In this document: one piece after another, positions 33,708 through 42,479 of the stretch
Layout of the letters: every line of letters begins with the position of its first letter
How positions within the stretch are numbered: the first letter of the stretch is position 1
From: Faecalibacterium sp. UBA1771
GTDB lineage: Bacteria > Bacillota > Clostridia > Oscillospirales > Ruminococcaceae
Assembly (NCBI GenBank): GCA_002315315.1
Contig: DCGT01000022.1
Span: 21,122-85,121, forward strand
DNA: 64,000 nt
Reading direction: 5' to 3'
Notes under the pieces: generated by a model
Databases searched by the model: none
The model's input: the letters and a program-made list of their open reading frames with translations, nothing else
Told to the model about the DNA's origin: nothing
Position numbers and translations under genes: made by a program

Positions 33708-35141
33708 TTATATCAACGGAATAATCAGCGGAGCGCCGTCGACCGCGGTAATACCACGCTCCGACAGCATACGATATGAAGCGCGACAGCTTTTGGCAAT
33801 CTCAAATAAATCCTCTCCCTCATCGGGGTAGTAAATCACTATCGAATGACCCTCGTTCGGCAGTGCTCTGCTCTCATCCGTTTTGATATCGGTAACCGCA
33901 ACTGCGGTAGCAGCTCTTATTAAGGTGCCCGACGCTCTGCCGGTTATGTTCACTACACTGCCGATATTCTCGACCGTATCGACAAATACATTTGCTCTGA
34001 CAATATCATTTTGTCCCGCCGAAAGGTCTATCGGTACGTTTATATCGACTTCATTACAAGAAATATCATCATCGCAGGCGGTAACGGTGCAAAGCAACGC
34101 GCTGACCGAAGAATTATCCGACCAATTCGCGACAATCGACCCTGCAAAGCAGTCGATAATATTTCCGCTCTCCGATTGAATGGTATACGCAAACGGAACA
34201 TTGAAGTTTTCGACAGACGAAATTACCGACATCTCACGCTTTTCGATTTCGGTTTCATACGCCGTTCCGTATGCATCGGACATTACGGTATACTGACTCT
34301 TACCGTAAAAATCCACCGTTAACATACATGATGCTTCAACCTCTATCGAGCCGTCATCATCGGGAGTTACGGTACAGGAAACAAGAGATGCATCAGCCGA
34401 GGCAACATCAAAATCATCATCCGAATCAATCATGCGTCTGAACGGAAGTGTGAAGCCTCTGCGTGTCACAGCGTCATCGGAATCACCCGCCAAGACAGTC
34501 GATACAAAAATATTTCCCTGCACCACAACACCGTCCTGCGAAATCTCGACCGAGTCGACCGCAGGTGCGGCATTGATTCTTAAAATCTCTGCGTTTTTCC
34601 CGAAAGGGAAAGCGTCGTTTATAGTAAATCTTGTCTGCTTATGCACCGACGATCCGAGCATATCCGATGTAACAGTGCGATATTCTATTCCCGTTTCCGC
34701 TTGCTCTGCCGAAAACGTTTCGGCTTCACCGAAAGACGTGACGGAAATATTAAAAGTTATTTCGCCCGAAGCTTCTATTCGTCGCTTACCGACAACCCTG
34801 CAGTTGAGATAATCAGTCACAGAGTCACAACTGATAATGTATCGTTCTCCGACCGGTTCCTTCAGCTCAAGTTGTTTGGAAAAGGGTATTCTGCCCGAAA
34901 TACCGCAGTATTCGCCGTTGCCCGACAGATACAGTACCGTTATCTTTAACAGCCCCTCAACCGTCGCCTTGTTCTTCATAGCAAGCGTTTGCACTATTAT
35001 CGGTTCGCCGTATGCTTTAACTATCTTGAAAAGCTCCGGTTTATAGTCGGGAACAGGTACATCGCCCTCTACCGTATGCCGAACCGATGAATCAAATACC
35101 CTGTTCAGCACCGGTATTCCCGTTTTTTTATTTGTATCCAT
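33708..35141 (-). CDS. sipL: SipL-like coat morphogenetic protein (DUF3794/SPOCS repeats plus a LysM-like C-terminus)
   Basis: AGGAGG RBS before MDTNKK. The DUF3794-type start is VEGDVPVPDYKPELFKIVKAYGEPIIV. The C-terminal segment IVIYYPDEGEDLFEIAKSCRASYRMLSERGI...GAPLIIP is LysM-like. It lies immediately upstream of spoIVA, as in Clostridioides. Confidence 0.55.
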   Translation of the reverse strand: MDTNKKTGIPVLNRVFDSSVRHTVEGDVPVPDYKPELFKIVKAYGEPIIVQTLAMKNKATVEGLLKITVLYLSGNGEYCGISGRIPFSKQLELKEPVGERYIISCDSVTDYLNCRVVGKRRIEASGEITFNISVTSFGEAETFSAEQAETGIEYRTVTSDMLGSSVHKQTRFTINDAFPFGKNAEILRINAAPAVDSVEISQDGVVVQGNIFVSTVLAGDSDDAVTRRGFTLPFRRMIDSDDDFDVASADASLVSCTVTPDDDGSIEVEASCMLTVDFYGKSQYTVMSDAYGTAYETEIEKREMSVISSVENFNVPFAYTIQSESGNIIDCFAGSIVANWSDNSSVSALLCTVTACDDDISCNEVDINVPIDLSAGQNDIVRANVFVDTVENIGSVVNITGRASGTLIRAATAVAVTDIKTDESRALPNEGHSIVIYYPDEGEDLFEIAKSCRASYRMLSERGITAVDGAPLIIPLI

Positions 35142-35252
35142 AACAATCCTCCTCACTGACATATAATGTCATTGCTTTTCTGTTTGGTTTCGTTGCCTGC
35201 GCAATGCTTTATACGAAACTATATTCAATTTCAAATATTGATATTCCGATTG

Positions 35253-35308
35253 AAAAAAATAAGCGGATACCCTTACGGTATTTGTACCGCAGGGGTATCC
35301 CGCTTTTT
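35253..35308 (-). terminator. Rho-independent terminator after spoVM
   Basis: The stem aagcggataccc / gggtatcccgctt has an A-run before and a T-run after. On the minus strand it is followed by UUAUUUUUUUC. Confidence 0.7.
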
Positions 35309-35341
35309 ATACTGCTTTTCCGCGCGAATCTTACACCAGAA

Positions 35342-35428
35342 TTACCGATTTTCGGTTTTTCTTATGCCGAAAACAAGCCGAAGCAGACCGCTGATTATCT
35401 TCGGACTTTTGACCACCACTATCTGCAT
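35342..35428 (-). CDS. spoVM: Stage V sporulation protein M (28 aa), not in the ORF track
   Basis: GGAGG lies 7 nt before the ATG. The product is MQIVVVKSPKIISGLLRLVFGIRKTENR. It has the length, amphipathic helix and V-K-x-PK-hydrophobic...G..R pattern of SpoVM (B. subtilis MKFYTIKLPKFLGGIVRAMLGSFRKD, quoted from memory). Confidence 0.6.
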   Translation of the reverse strand: MQIVVVKSPKIISGLLRLVFGIRKTENR

Positions 35429-35447
35429 TGTCAAGCCTCCTTACCTG

Positions 35448-35582
35448 TTAAGACAAATCGCCAGCACGAAAAGTGAAACAGCTGTCAGCAGGAGCACCTT
35501 TACCGGTAAAATGAAACAGATTATTATCCCGCTTCCGAATGCGCCCGCCACCGCCGACAGCATATTACGGTTATTTTTCATT
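35448..35582 (-). CDS. Small ORF (44 aa) with a strong RBS upstream of spoVM; possibly frameshifted 2-TM peptide
   Basis: GGGAGGGGAG lies 4 nt before the ATG. The product is MKNNRNMLSAVAGAFGSGIIILFHFTGKGAPADSCFTFRAGDLS. The +1 frame from ~35520 encodes a clean TM helix, FCFILPVKVLLLTAVSLFVLAICLNR. Confidence 0.35.
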
Positions 35583-35658
35583 TTCTCCCCTCCCGCCGTC
35601 AGCCTTATATCACAGTATATACACTGCTCCGAAATTGGTTACAAACGGTCTGAATGCA

Positions 35659-35694
35659 AAAAGTCACGGTCGACAATATCTATCGACCGTGACA
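35659..35694 (-). terminator. Rho-independent terminator after the PPK2 gene
   Basis: gtcacggtcga-caatatcta-tcgaccgtgac is followed on the minus strand by UUUUUGC. Confidence 0.75.
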
Positions 35695-35711
35695 TTGTTA
35701 TTATTGCAGTA

Positions 35712-37337
35712 TTATTCTTCGGAAATAACCGCATCGGCAGTAACGGGTTCAAGCTCCTGCTCTGCTTCTTCAAGCTCCTGCACTTCTGCGATTTCTTCCT
35801 CGGCATCGACATAGCTCGGCTCTGCGATGACCGCTTCTTCTTCGGTCAATTCCTCAAGTGGGCAGAAAGCCTTTCCGAGCTCGGTGTATCTAATGCTGAG
35901 ATCTGACAGCTCCTTTTCGGCGTCATCTCTGTGAGCGGAAACAGCGGTACGGTGAGCATCAAATGCAACGCGAATTTTCTGCTCATAATCATTCAGAGCA
36001 TCCTCTGGGTCGGCATTATCGGAGCCGACGGAAATCTCATATTCCATCATAAGCTGCTTTAAAGTGTCCTCATAATGAGAATACGCGATGTTTATTTCAT
36101 CGGAAAACGCGTCAATAACGCCCTTTGACTGCTTTTTATAGCGTTCAAACAGCTTACGTGCTTCCTTTCCGTACCCATCCAGTGATTCCTTGAGAATAAC
36201 CTTTTCGGTGCCGTAGAGATTTTTTAATACCTTAATATCGTCTGCCTCTGCCTTTGCTTCGATCTCTTCGTAATCAAGATATATTCTGCCGAGCTGACGC
36301 TGTGTTTCTTCACTTACGCCAAAGCGTTCGCTGAAGTTCTCAAACACACTCTTTTTCAATATCTTACGGAACTTTTTCTCAGATAATGCCATACGGTCGC
36401 TCTTAAGCGCAATACCTACGGCGGTAGCTGAGGGTTTGACCTTCAAGTCCGGCTCGTCCTTTTCCGGCTCGGCAAGCTCTATGCCCTCATTCATAAGCAT
36501 TTCGCGGTAGCTCACCAAACGCTGCTTTTCCTCATCGCTGAGGACAGGCCACTGCGGGTCCATAGCACGAAGCTCGTCAAGAACTATACGGGAGATAATA
36601 AGTCTTGCATACCACTTGTGGTCGGCAGGTACAACGTACCACGGGGTACTTTTGCGAGCCGTGCGGTTAATGCAGATCTCGTATGCCTCCATATAATCGT
36701 CCCAATATGCACGCTCGTCAATATCGCTCGATGAGAACTTCCAATTCTTTTTCTGCGTATCAATGCGGGAAATAAAGCGGTTTGCCTGTTCATTTTTACT
36801 TACATTGAGGAAAATTTTGATAACGCGGATACTGTTATCATACAGATACTTTTCGAAATTGCGAATTTCCTCATACCGTTTGTCGATCATGGTGTCGAGG
36901 TCGATTCTGTCGGCATATCTGTTCTTTTCGTAATACTTGTGCACCCTCTGTACCAAAACATCCTCATAATAGCTGCGGTTAAGAATGCTGATACTGCCCT
37001 TTTCGGGAATGGAACTCCAGAATCTCCACAGATAATCGTGGCGGTTTTCTTCCGCACTCGGAACCTTGAAGCTGTGCTCCGAAACACCCTGAGGACTAAG
37101 ACAGCTGAGTACGGCACGAACAGCACCATCTTTGCCGGCAGCATCCATTGCCTGAAATACGAAAATAATTCCTTCCTTTTGATCGGCGAAAAGACGCTGT
37201 TGATATTCATTTATCTTTTCGAGATTTTCGGTGAATTCACGTATAGCTTCATGACGCTCGTTCAGATTTCCCGTATCTGCACAATCAAAGGTCTTGATAT
37301 TGAATTTCTTAGAACCGTCATATTTATAGCTCTGCAT
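35712..37337 (-). CDS. Polyphosphate kinase 2 (PPK2) family protein with a ~270-aa acidic helical C-terminal extension
   Basis: GGGAGG RBS before MQSYKYDG. The PPK2 core includes IIFVFQAMDAAGKDGAVR (Walker A-like), RHDYLWRFW, ILNRSYYEDVLV and PWYVVPADHKWYARL. Residues ~280-541 have no recognised motif. Confidence 0.8.
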   Translation of the reverse strand: MQSYKYDGSKKFNIKTFDCADTGNLNERHEAIREFTENLEKINEYQQRLFADQKEGIIFVFQAMDAAGKDGAVRAVLSCLSPQGVSEHSFKVPSAEENRHDYLWRFWSSIPEKGSISILNRSYYEDVLVQRVHKYYEKNRYADRIDLDTMIDKRYEEIRNFEKYLYDNSIRVIKIFLNVSKNEQANRFISRIDTQKKNWKFSSSDIDERAYWDDYMEAYEICINRTARKSTPWYVVPADHKWYARLIISRIVLDELRAMDPQWPVLSDEEKQRLVSYREMLMNEGIELAEPEKDEPDLKVKPSATAVGIALKSDRMALSEKKFRKILKKSVFENFSERFGVSEETQRQLGRIYLDYEEIEAKAEADDIKVLKNLYGTEKVILKESLDGYGKEARKLFERYKKQSKGVIDAFSDEINIAYSHYEDTLKQLMMEYEISVGSDNADPEDALNDYEQKIRVAFDAHRTAVSAHRDDAEKELSDLSIRYTELGKAFCPLEELTEEEAVIAEPSYVDAEEEIAEVQELEEAEQELEPVTADAVISEE

Positions 37338-37516
37338 ATAATAACCTCCCGTGTGACACAAGTTTTTTTACAGAAAACCGTTATTATTAATCATATTATC
37401 ACAGTGCTTTGCATAAGTAAATAAATTTCTGTGACATTCGACAACATAATTTGCATTTATGTCTGTTTTATTAATACGAATTGAGAATTACAATTTCACG
37501 CGGAAAAAGTTTGTAA

Positions 37517-37543
37517 CAAAAAATACCGCAATAACTGCGGTAT
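37517..37543 (-). terminator. Rho-independent terminator after rsgA
   Basis: ataccgc-aataact-gcggtat is followed on the minus strand by UUUUUUG. Confidence 0.65.
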
Positions 37544-37552
37544 TTCGGATTG

Positions 37553-38434
37553 TTATTTTCGGATTTCCCACTCGTTAAGCTCCTTTGCCGCTTCATACAG
37601 TGCAACATAGTCCTCGTGTCGCGAAGCAGCTATCCTTCCGCTTTTGACAGCTTCGATAACAGCACACCCGCGCTCTACGGTATGCGAGCAGTCACGAAAC
37701 TCACAGCAGTCAATATACGGTGCAAAATCAGTAAAAAGCGATGCAAGCTCGTCCTTCATAATAGGTTCGGAGCGTTCAAGGTCAAGCGACGAAAACCCCG
37801 GAGTGTCGGCAACATAACCGCCGAAAATCTCATAGATTTCGACACTTCGCGTCGTATGCTTGCCGCGCCCGAGCTTTTTGCTTGTCTGCTGAGTTTCAAG
37901 GCCCTCTATCCCAAGCGATGTGAGTAACGTAGACTTGCCAACACCGCTGTTGCCCGAAAAGACGGAGAGGCTTCCGTTTATTTCGTCTTTTATCTTGTCA
38001 AGCGAATTCGGCTCACCGTGCAGGTCAATTACATCAAAACCGCTCTTTCGGTAATCGGCAATCAACTCATTGCAGTGCTTGATATCCGTTTTTGTTATCA
38101 CGATAACCGGCTTTGCCGACTTTTTCTCGGCTACAGCCAACAGTTTGTCGATAACGAGCAAATTCGGGTCGGGGTCGACTGAGGAGACAACGAGAAACAG
38201 CTTGTCAACATTCGCCGCAGGCGGGCGTACAAAATAATTGCTTCGCTCGTAGATATGCGAAACAACATAGTCTCCGTTGGATTCCTCTATTTCAACCCTA
38301 TCGCCGGCAAGAGGAGTTATCCCCATCTTTCGGAATATACCCTTTGCCCTTGTCTCGACAATGCCGTCGGCGGTTCTTACATAGTAAAAACCGCCGATGC
38401 CTTTTAGAATAATTTTTTCGTCTTTATTGAACAT
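37553..38434 (-). CDS. rsgA: Ribosome small-subunit-dependent GTPase A
   Basis: GGFYYV OB-fold start, circularly permuted GTPase (ITKTD, GNSGVGKSTL), and the Zn-finger CEFRDCSH..ERGCAV. Confidence 0.9.
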   Translation of the reverse strand: MFNKDEKIILKGIGGFYYVRTADGIVETRAKGIFRKMGITPLAGDRVEIEESNGDYVVSHIYERSNYFVRPPAANVDKLFLVVSSVDPDPNLLVIDKLLAVAEKKSAKPVIVITKTDIKHCNELIADYRKSGFDVIDLHGEPNSLDKIKDEINGSLSVFSGNSGVGKSTLLTSLGIEGLETQQTSKKLGRGKHTTRSVEIYEIFGGYVADTPGFSSLDLERSEPIMKDELASLFTDFAPYIDCCEFRDCSHTVERGCAVIEAVKSGRIAASRHEDYVALYEAAKELNEWEIRK

Positions 38435-38440
38435 ATCACA

Positions 38441-40654
38441 TTATGGCAACGGTTTACGTTCGCCGGCAAACTTGTCTATCGCAACTTGCAGAGCACTCGA
38501 AGCGGCATCTATATCAGATTGTGACGCGGAAGGATTAGCTGAAACACCGTTCGCCGCATCCCTTGTGTTTTTCAATGCGTCTATTTCTGCCTGTTTTGCA
38601 ACATATTGTCCCGAAACCAGTCCCGCTGTTCCCTCAGCATATGTGTTGTTCAGATAGTCGTTAGCTGTCGCAATCCTTGAATTGAGTCCCGACTTATCGG
38701 CAGGAGCCACATAATCATCAACATAATTGCTTACGAGCAGTGTCTGTGTCTGTTCGGCATAGTTTATCTGGAACGAATACATCAGAACATTTGCACAGTA
38801 AATATTGAGAACACCGGGTGTCGTACCCTCGGTGGTTATCGACCAGTCAACGGGACCGCTCGATACCGTTACGGGACTGCCTACCTGTCCACCTTCAAGT
38901 GTAGCGCTCACATTGTAAGTGGTGCTGCCGTTTACACTTCTCGGAAGCTTGACGGTAACGGTATAGGTTTTCTTCGGCTTGCCGGTGCTGAGCACGATAT
39001 CAATGCGTTCGCCCTGATTAACCAATGCGCCCTCAACCTTGCTTTGACCTATAATAATTCCCTTGTCATAGGTTTCGCTCTCACCCTCGGTTATATCACC
39101 GAGTACAAGACCGTTTACGGCAAGCGTTGTCTTAGCCTCGCTGTATGTCAAGCCAACAAGCTTGGGAACATAGGTTGTCGTGGTGGATGTGAGAGAGTTT
39201 ATATAAACGATTACAACTGTACCGGTCTTGACCTCTTCACCCTGTGCAGGCTCGGTCTTGACGACCTTATTATCGCCCTGCGTCTCATCGCTCGTTGTTT
39301 CGAGCATTACGACAAGTCCCATATCCTGAAGCATTGTTACCGCTTCACCGTTGGACAGACCAACAACCGGAGGAATCTGAATTATTTCGGTGCCCTTGCT
39401 GACATAAAGCGTAACTTCTCCGTCCTCTTTTATCTGCTTGCCGTCTACGGGACTCTGGCTGTAAATCACGCCCACATCGTAATTGATGTTGTAATCCTCG
39501 ATAACGGTGAACTTAAAATCGGAACCACTGTTGACAACATCATTTACATTTTCTCCGACGAAATTCGGCAAATCTACATCGACCTTCTGAGCAAACAGAG
39601 AATTGCCGCCGAGGTTGAAAACCATATAAATGAGCACACCTGCGCCAATTACGCAGGCAAGCGTAATGCCCATCATAAGCCATATTGAGAAGCCGCCGCC
39701 TTTTTTTCCGCCGTTTGAACGGCGCACCGAGCCGGAATTGCCCGAAGTACCCTTAACCTGCTCAATCGTGTCGATATACTTGGTCGGGGCATTATCGGAA
39801 AAATATTTATACTCAAATTTTATACTCGGATTTTTCTTGAATTCCTCGATATCATCGAGCATACGCTGTGCCGACTGATAGCGGTCGGAGGGGTTCTTAG
39901 CCATTGCCTTAAAGGTAATTTCTTCAAGTCCCTCGGGAATATTGGGGTCAATCTCACGCAGGCCTGTCGGCTGGTCGGAAATCTGCTTGATAGCGACCGA
40001 CACGGGACTGTCCGATTCAAACGGAAGTCTGCCGGTCAGCATTTCATACAGCATTACGCCGGTCGAGTAGATATCCGCTTTGGCGTCGGTTACGTCTCCC
40101 TTTGCCTGTTCAGGGCTGATATAGTGTACCGAGCCGATAGCCTTATCGGTTATCGTTCTCGTTTCACTGCGGGAGAATCTCGCAATGCCGAAATCCATTA
40201 CCTTTATCGAGCCGTCGGGAAGCAGCATAATGTTCTGCGGCTTAATATCGCGGTGAACAATTCCTCTGCTGTGAGCGTGCTGTAAAGCCTTGAGAACCTG
40301 AGTGGTGAAATGGACTGCGTCCTTCCACGTCAGCTTCTTCTGACGCTCAATGTATTCCTTGAGCGTAATACCGTCAATATATTCCATAACAATACATTGA
40401 ATATTATCGGAAAAATTGACGTCGTAAACCTTTACGATATTTGGGTGCGAAAGCATACTGATAGCCTTCGATTCGTTCTTAAAGCGCCGCACGAATTCTT
40501 CGTTTGTCAAAAACTCCTCACGGAGAATCTTGACAGCGACAATGGAATCCTCCAGCCTGTCGTATGCCTTGTAAACATTGGCCATTCCGCCGACACCGAT
40601 AAGCTCGAGAATCTCATACCTTCCGTCGAGTCGTTTGCCGAGAAAATTATCCAT
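38441..40654 (-). CDS. prkC: Ser/Thr protein kinase with PASTA repeats (PrkC/Stk1-like)
   Basis: Hanks kinase motifs (GVGGMANVYKA, HRDIKPQN, DFGIA, SPEQA), one TM helix, three PASTA-like repeats, and an extra C-terminal domain. Confidence 0.9.
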   Translation of the reverse strand: MDNFLGKRLDGRYEILELIGVGGMANVYKAYDRLEDSIVAVKILREEFLTNEEFVRRFKNESKAISMLSHPNIVKVYDVNFSDNIQCIVMEYIDGITLKEYIERQKKLTWKDAVHFTTQVLKALQHAHSRGIVHRDIKPQNIMLLPDGSIKVMDFGIARFSRSETRTITDKAIGSVHYISPEQAKGDVTDAKADIYSTGVMLYEMLTGRLPFESDSPVSVAIKQISDQPTGLREIDPNIPEGLEEITFKAMAKNPSDRYQSAQRMLDDIEEFKKNPSIKFEYKYFSDNAPTKYIDTIEQVKGTSGNSGSVRRSNGGKKGGGFSIWLMMGITLACVIGAGVLIYMVFNLGGNSLFAQKVDVDLPNFVGENVNDVVNSGSDFKFTVIEDYNINYDVGVIYSQSPVDGKQIKEDGEVTLYVSKGTEIIQIPPVVGLSNGEAVTMLQDMGLVVMLETTSDETQGDNKVVKTEPAQGEEVKTGTVVIVYINSLTSTTTTYVPKLVGLTYSEAKTTLAVNGLVLGDITEGESETYDKGIIIGQSKVEGALVNQGERIDIVLSTGKPKKTYTVTVKLPRSVNGSTTYNVSATLEGGQVGSPVTVSSGPVDWSITTEGTTPGVLNIYCANVLMYSFQINYAEQTQTLLVSNYVDDYVAPADKSGLNSRIATANDYLNNTYAEGTAGLVSGQYVAKQAEIDALKNTRDAANGVSANPSASQSDIDAASSALQVAIDKFAGERKPLP

Positions 40655-40672
40655 CTTTTCCTCCTAAAGAGT

Positions 40673-41422
40673 CTATTCAAGCAACAAAATTGCGGTTATG
40701 TTGTCAAAGCCGCCCTCATCGACAGCGCGCTTTATAAGTGCATCGGCACTGCGGTAAAAGTCGTTTTCTTTGACTATATTAACAATATCCTCCTCCGAGA
40801 CCATATTATACAGTCCGTCGGTACAGATAAGGAGTATGTCGCCTTTTCTTATTCTGAACTCGTTGAAGTCGGTCTTTAGCTTTTCCTCGACTCCGAGCGC
40901 ACTTGTAATAATATTCTTGTTGGGGTGATTTTTCGCCTGCTGAGGCGTAATCTTGCCGCTGTCAAGCAGCTCCTGAACCACCGAGTGATCACGTGTAATC
41001 TGTTTTATTACCCGTTTGGATATGGAATATGCCCTGCTGTCGCCTGCGTGCACGATCTGCACGACACCGTTGCGAACTATGGCAAGAACTATGGTAGTAC
41101 CCATCGTGATTCTGTTGTTTTCGTCTCTGCTGAGGGTATAAACGACGCTGTTGCAGCGCTGAACGGTATCTATCATAAAATCCTTAACATCGCTGGATGA
41201 GGTGATTTCGGTCAACGACTCGGTAATCGCATCCTCGATGTAATTAACGGCGACGAAGCTTGCCTCGCCTCCTGCCGATACGCCGCCCATACCGTCGCAC
41301 AGTACAGCCCAATAGGTATCGTCCGACAATCTGCCCGCCTTGTAGCAATCCTGATTCTGCTTGCTTCTGCAGCCGACATCGGTTGCGGCGGTTATTTTCA
41401 AATCGTTCACCCTCTTTCGCAC
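40673..41422 (-). CDS. stp: PP2C-family Ser/Thr phosphatase (Stp/PrpC)
   Basis: TDVGCRSKQNQD, LCDGMGG, HAGDSRAY, CTDGL and DNITAILL. Confidence 0.9.
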   Translation of the reverse strand: MRKRVNDLKITAATDVGCRSKQNQDCYKAGRLSDDTYWAVLCDGMGGVSAGGEASFVAVNYIEDAITESLTEITSSSDVKDFMIDTVQRCNSVVYTLSRDENNRITMGTTIVLAIVRNGVVQIVHAGDSRAYSISKRVIKQITRDHSVVQELLDSGKITPQQAKNHPNKNIITSALGVEEKLKTDFNEFRIRKGDILLICTDGLYNMVSEEDIVNIVKENDFYRSADALIKRAVDEGGFDNITAILLLE

Positions 41423-41440
41423 TTGATATGGAGAAATCCT

Positions 41441-42475
41441 TTACTGCTTCTCCGAAACGGTATCGCGCCGCAGCTGACCGCAGGCGGCGGAAATATCGTT
41501 GCCGAGTGTTCTTCTTATCGTGGCATTTATTCCCTTTGCCGTGAGCTTGTCGCAAAAGCTCTGCGCCTGCTCTCTTGTGGCGGTAAAATTCCTGTTTGCG
41601 GCAGGGTTAACGGGTATAAGGTTAACGTGTGCCGTCATTCCCTTTAAAAGCCCGTAAATCTCGTCGGCATCCTGCTGAGAATCATTGACTCCCGAAATTA
41701 CGGCGTATTCAAAAGAAATTCTTCTGCCCGTTTCGGCAAAATATTTTTTACAGCTGTCCATAAGCCGCTCGATGCTATACCGCTTGTTTATCGGCATTAT
41801 CTCGGAACGCTTTTCATCGGTAGCGGCGTGAAGTGATATCGAAAGCGTGAGCGGCAGTTTAAGCTCGGCAAGCTCGTCGATACGGTCACAAAGACCGCAG
41901 GTAGACAGCGAAACCGAACGGCGGCTCAGCGCATAACCCCTACTATCGGTAATAATATCATAAAAGTCACATACATTGCAATAATTGTCGAGCGGTTCTC
42001 CGATACCCATAAGCACGAGTGAATCCGCACGCTCGCCTATCTGTCGCTCAGTTTCGTAAACCTCGAGCAATATTTCGGATGCGGAAAGATTGCGGACCAG
42101 ACCGTTTTGCGTGGAAGCGCAGAACCTGCAACCCATTCGACACCCGACCTGAGAGGATACACAGACCGACATTCCGTGCTTGTAAAACATAGCTACGGTT
42201 TCGATACAGTTGCCGTCGGCAAAGGCGTAGAGGAACTTCACGGTGCCGTCCGACGATTTCTGACGTTTCATAACCGAAATTGACGGTATGAACGCGGCTT
42301 CGTCCAGCTTAACCCTCAGTGCCTTGGATAGGTTGGTCATTTCGTCAAACGATTTTACACGTTTATTGTGAAGCCAGTCGAAAATCTGTGTCGAGCGGAA
42401 TTTCGGCTCGCCAATTGACTGCACAAACTCCGAAAGCTTATCGGCAGTAAGTGACAATATATCTATCTTTCCCAT
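41441..42475 (-). CDS. rlmN: 23S rRNA (adenine2503-C2)-methyltransferase, radical SAM
   Basis: FRSTQIFDWLH, CVSSQVGCRMGCRFCAS, and a C-terminal ACGQL. Confidence 0.9.
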   Translation of the reverse strand: MGKIDILSLTADKLSEFVQSIGEPKFRSTQIFDWLHNKRVKSFDEMTNLSKALRVKLDEAAFIPSISVMKRQKSSDGTVKFLYAFADGNCIETVAMFYKHGMSVCVSSQVGCRMGCRFCASTQNGLVRNLSASEILLEVYETERQIGERADSLVLMGIGEPLDNYCNVCDFYDIITDSRGYALSRRSVSLSTCGLCDRIDELAELKLPLTLSISLHAATDEKRSEIMPINKRYSIERLMDSCKKYFAETGRRISFEYAVISGVNDSQQDADEIYGLLKGMTAHVNLIPVNPAANRNFTATREQAQSFCDKLTAKGINATIRRTLGNDISAACGQLRRDTVSEKQ

Positions 42476-42479
42476 TATT

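Noticed and set aside
35166-35906. 246-aa plus-strand ORF in the sipL-PPK2 interval
   Set aside because: It runs through two rho-independent terminators, the spoVM gene and the 3' end of the PPK2 gene. It has no RBS and implausible composition.
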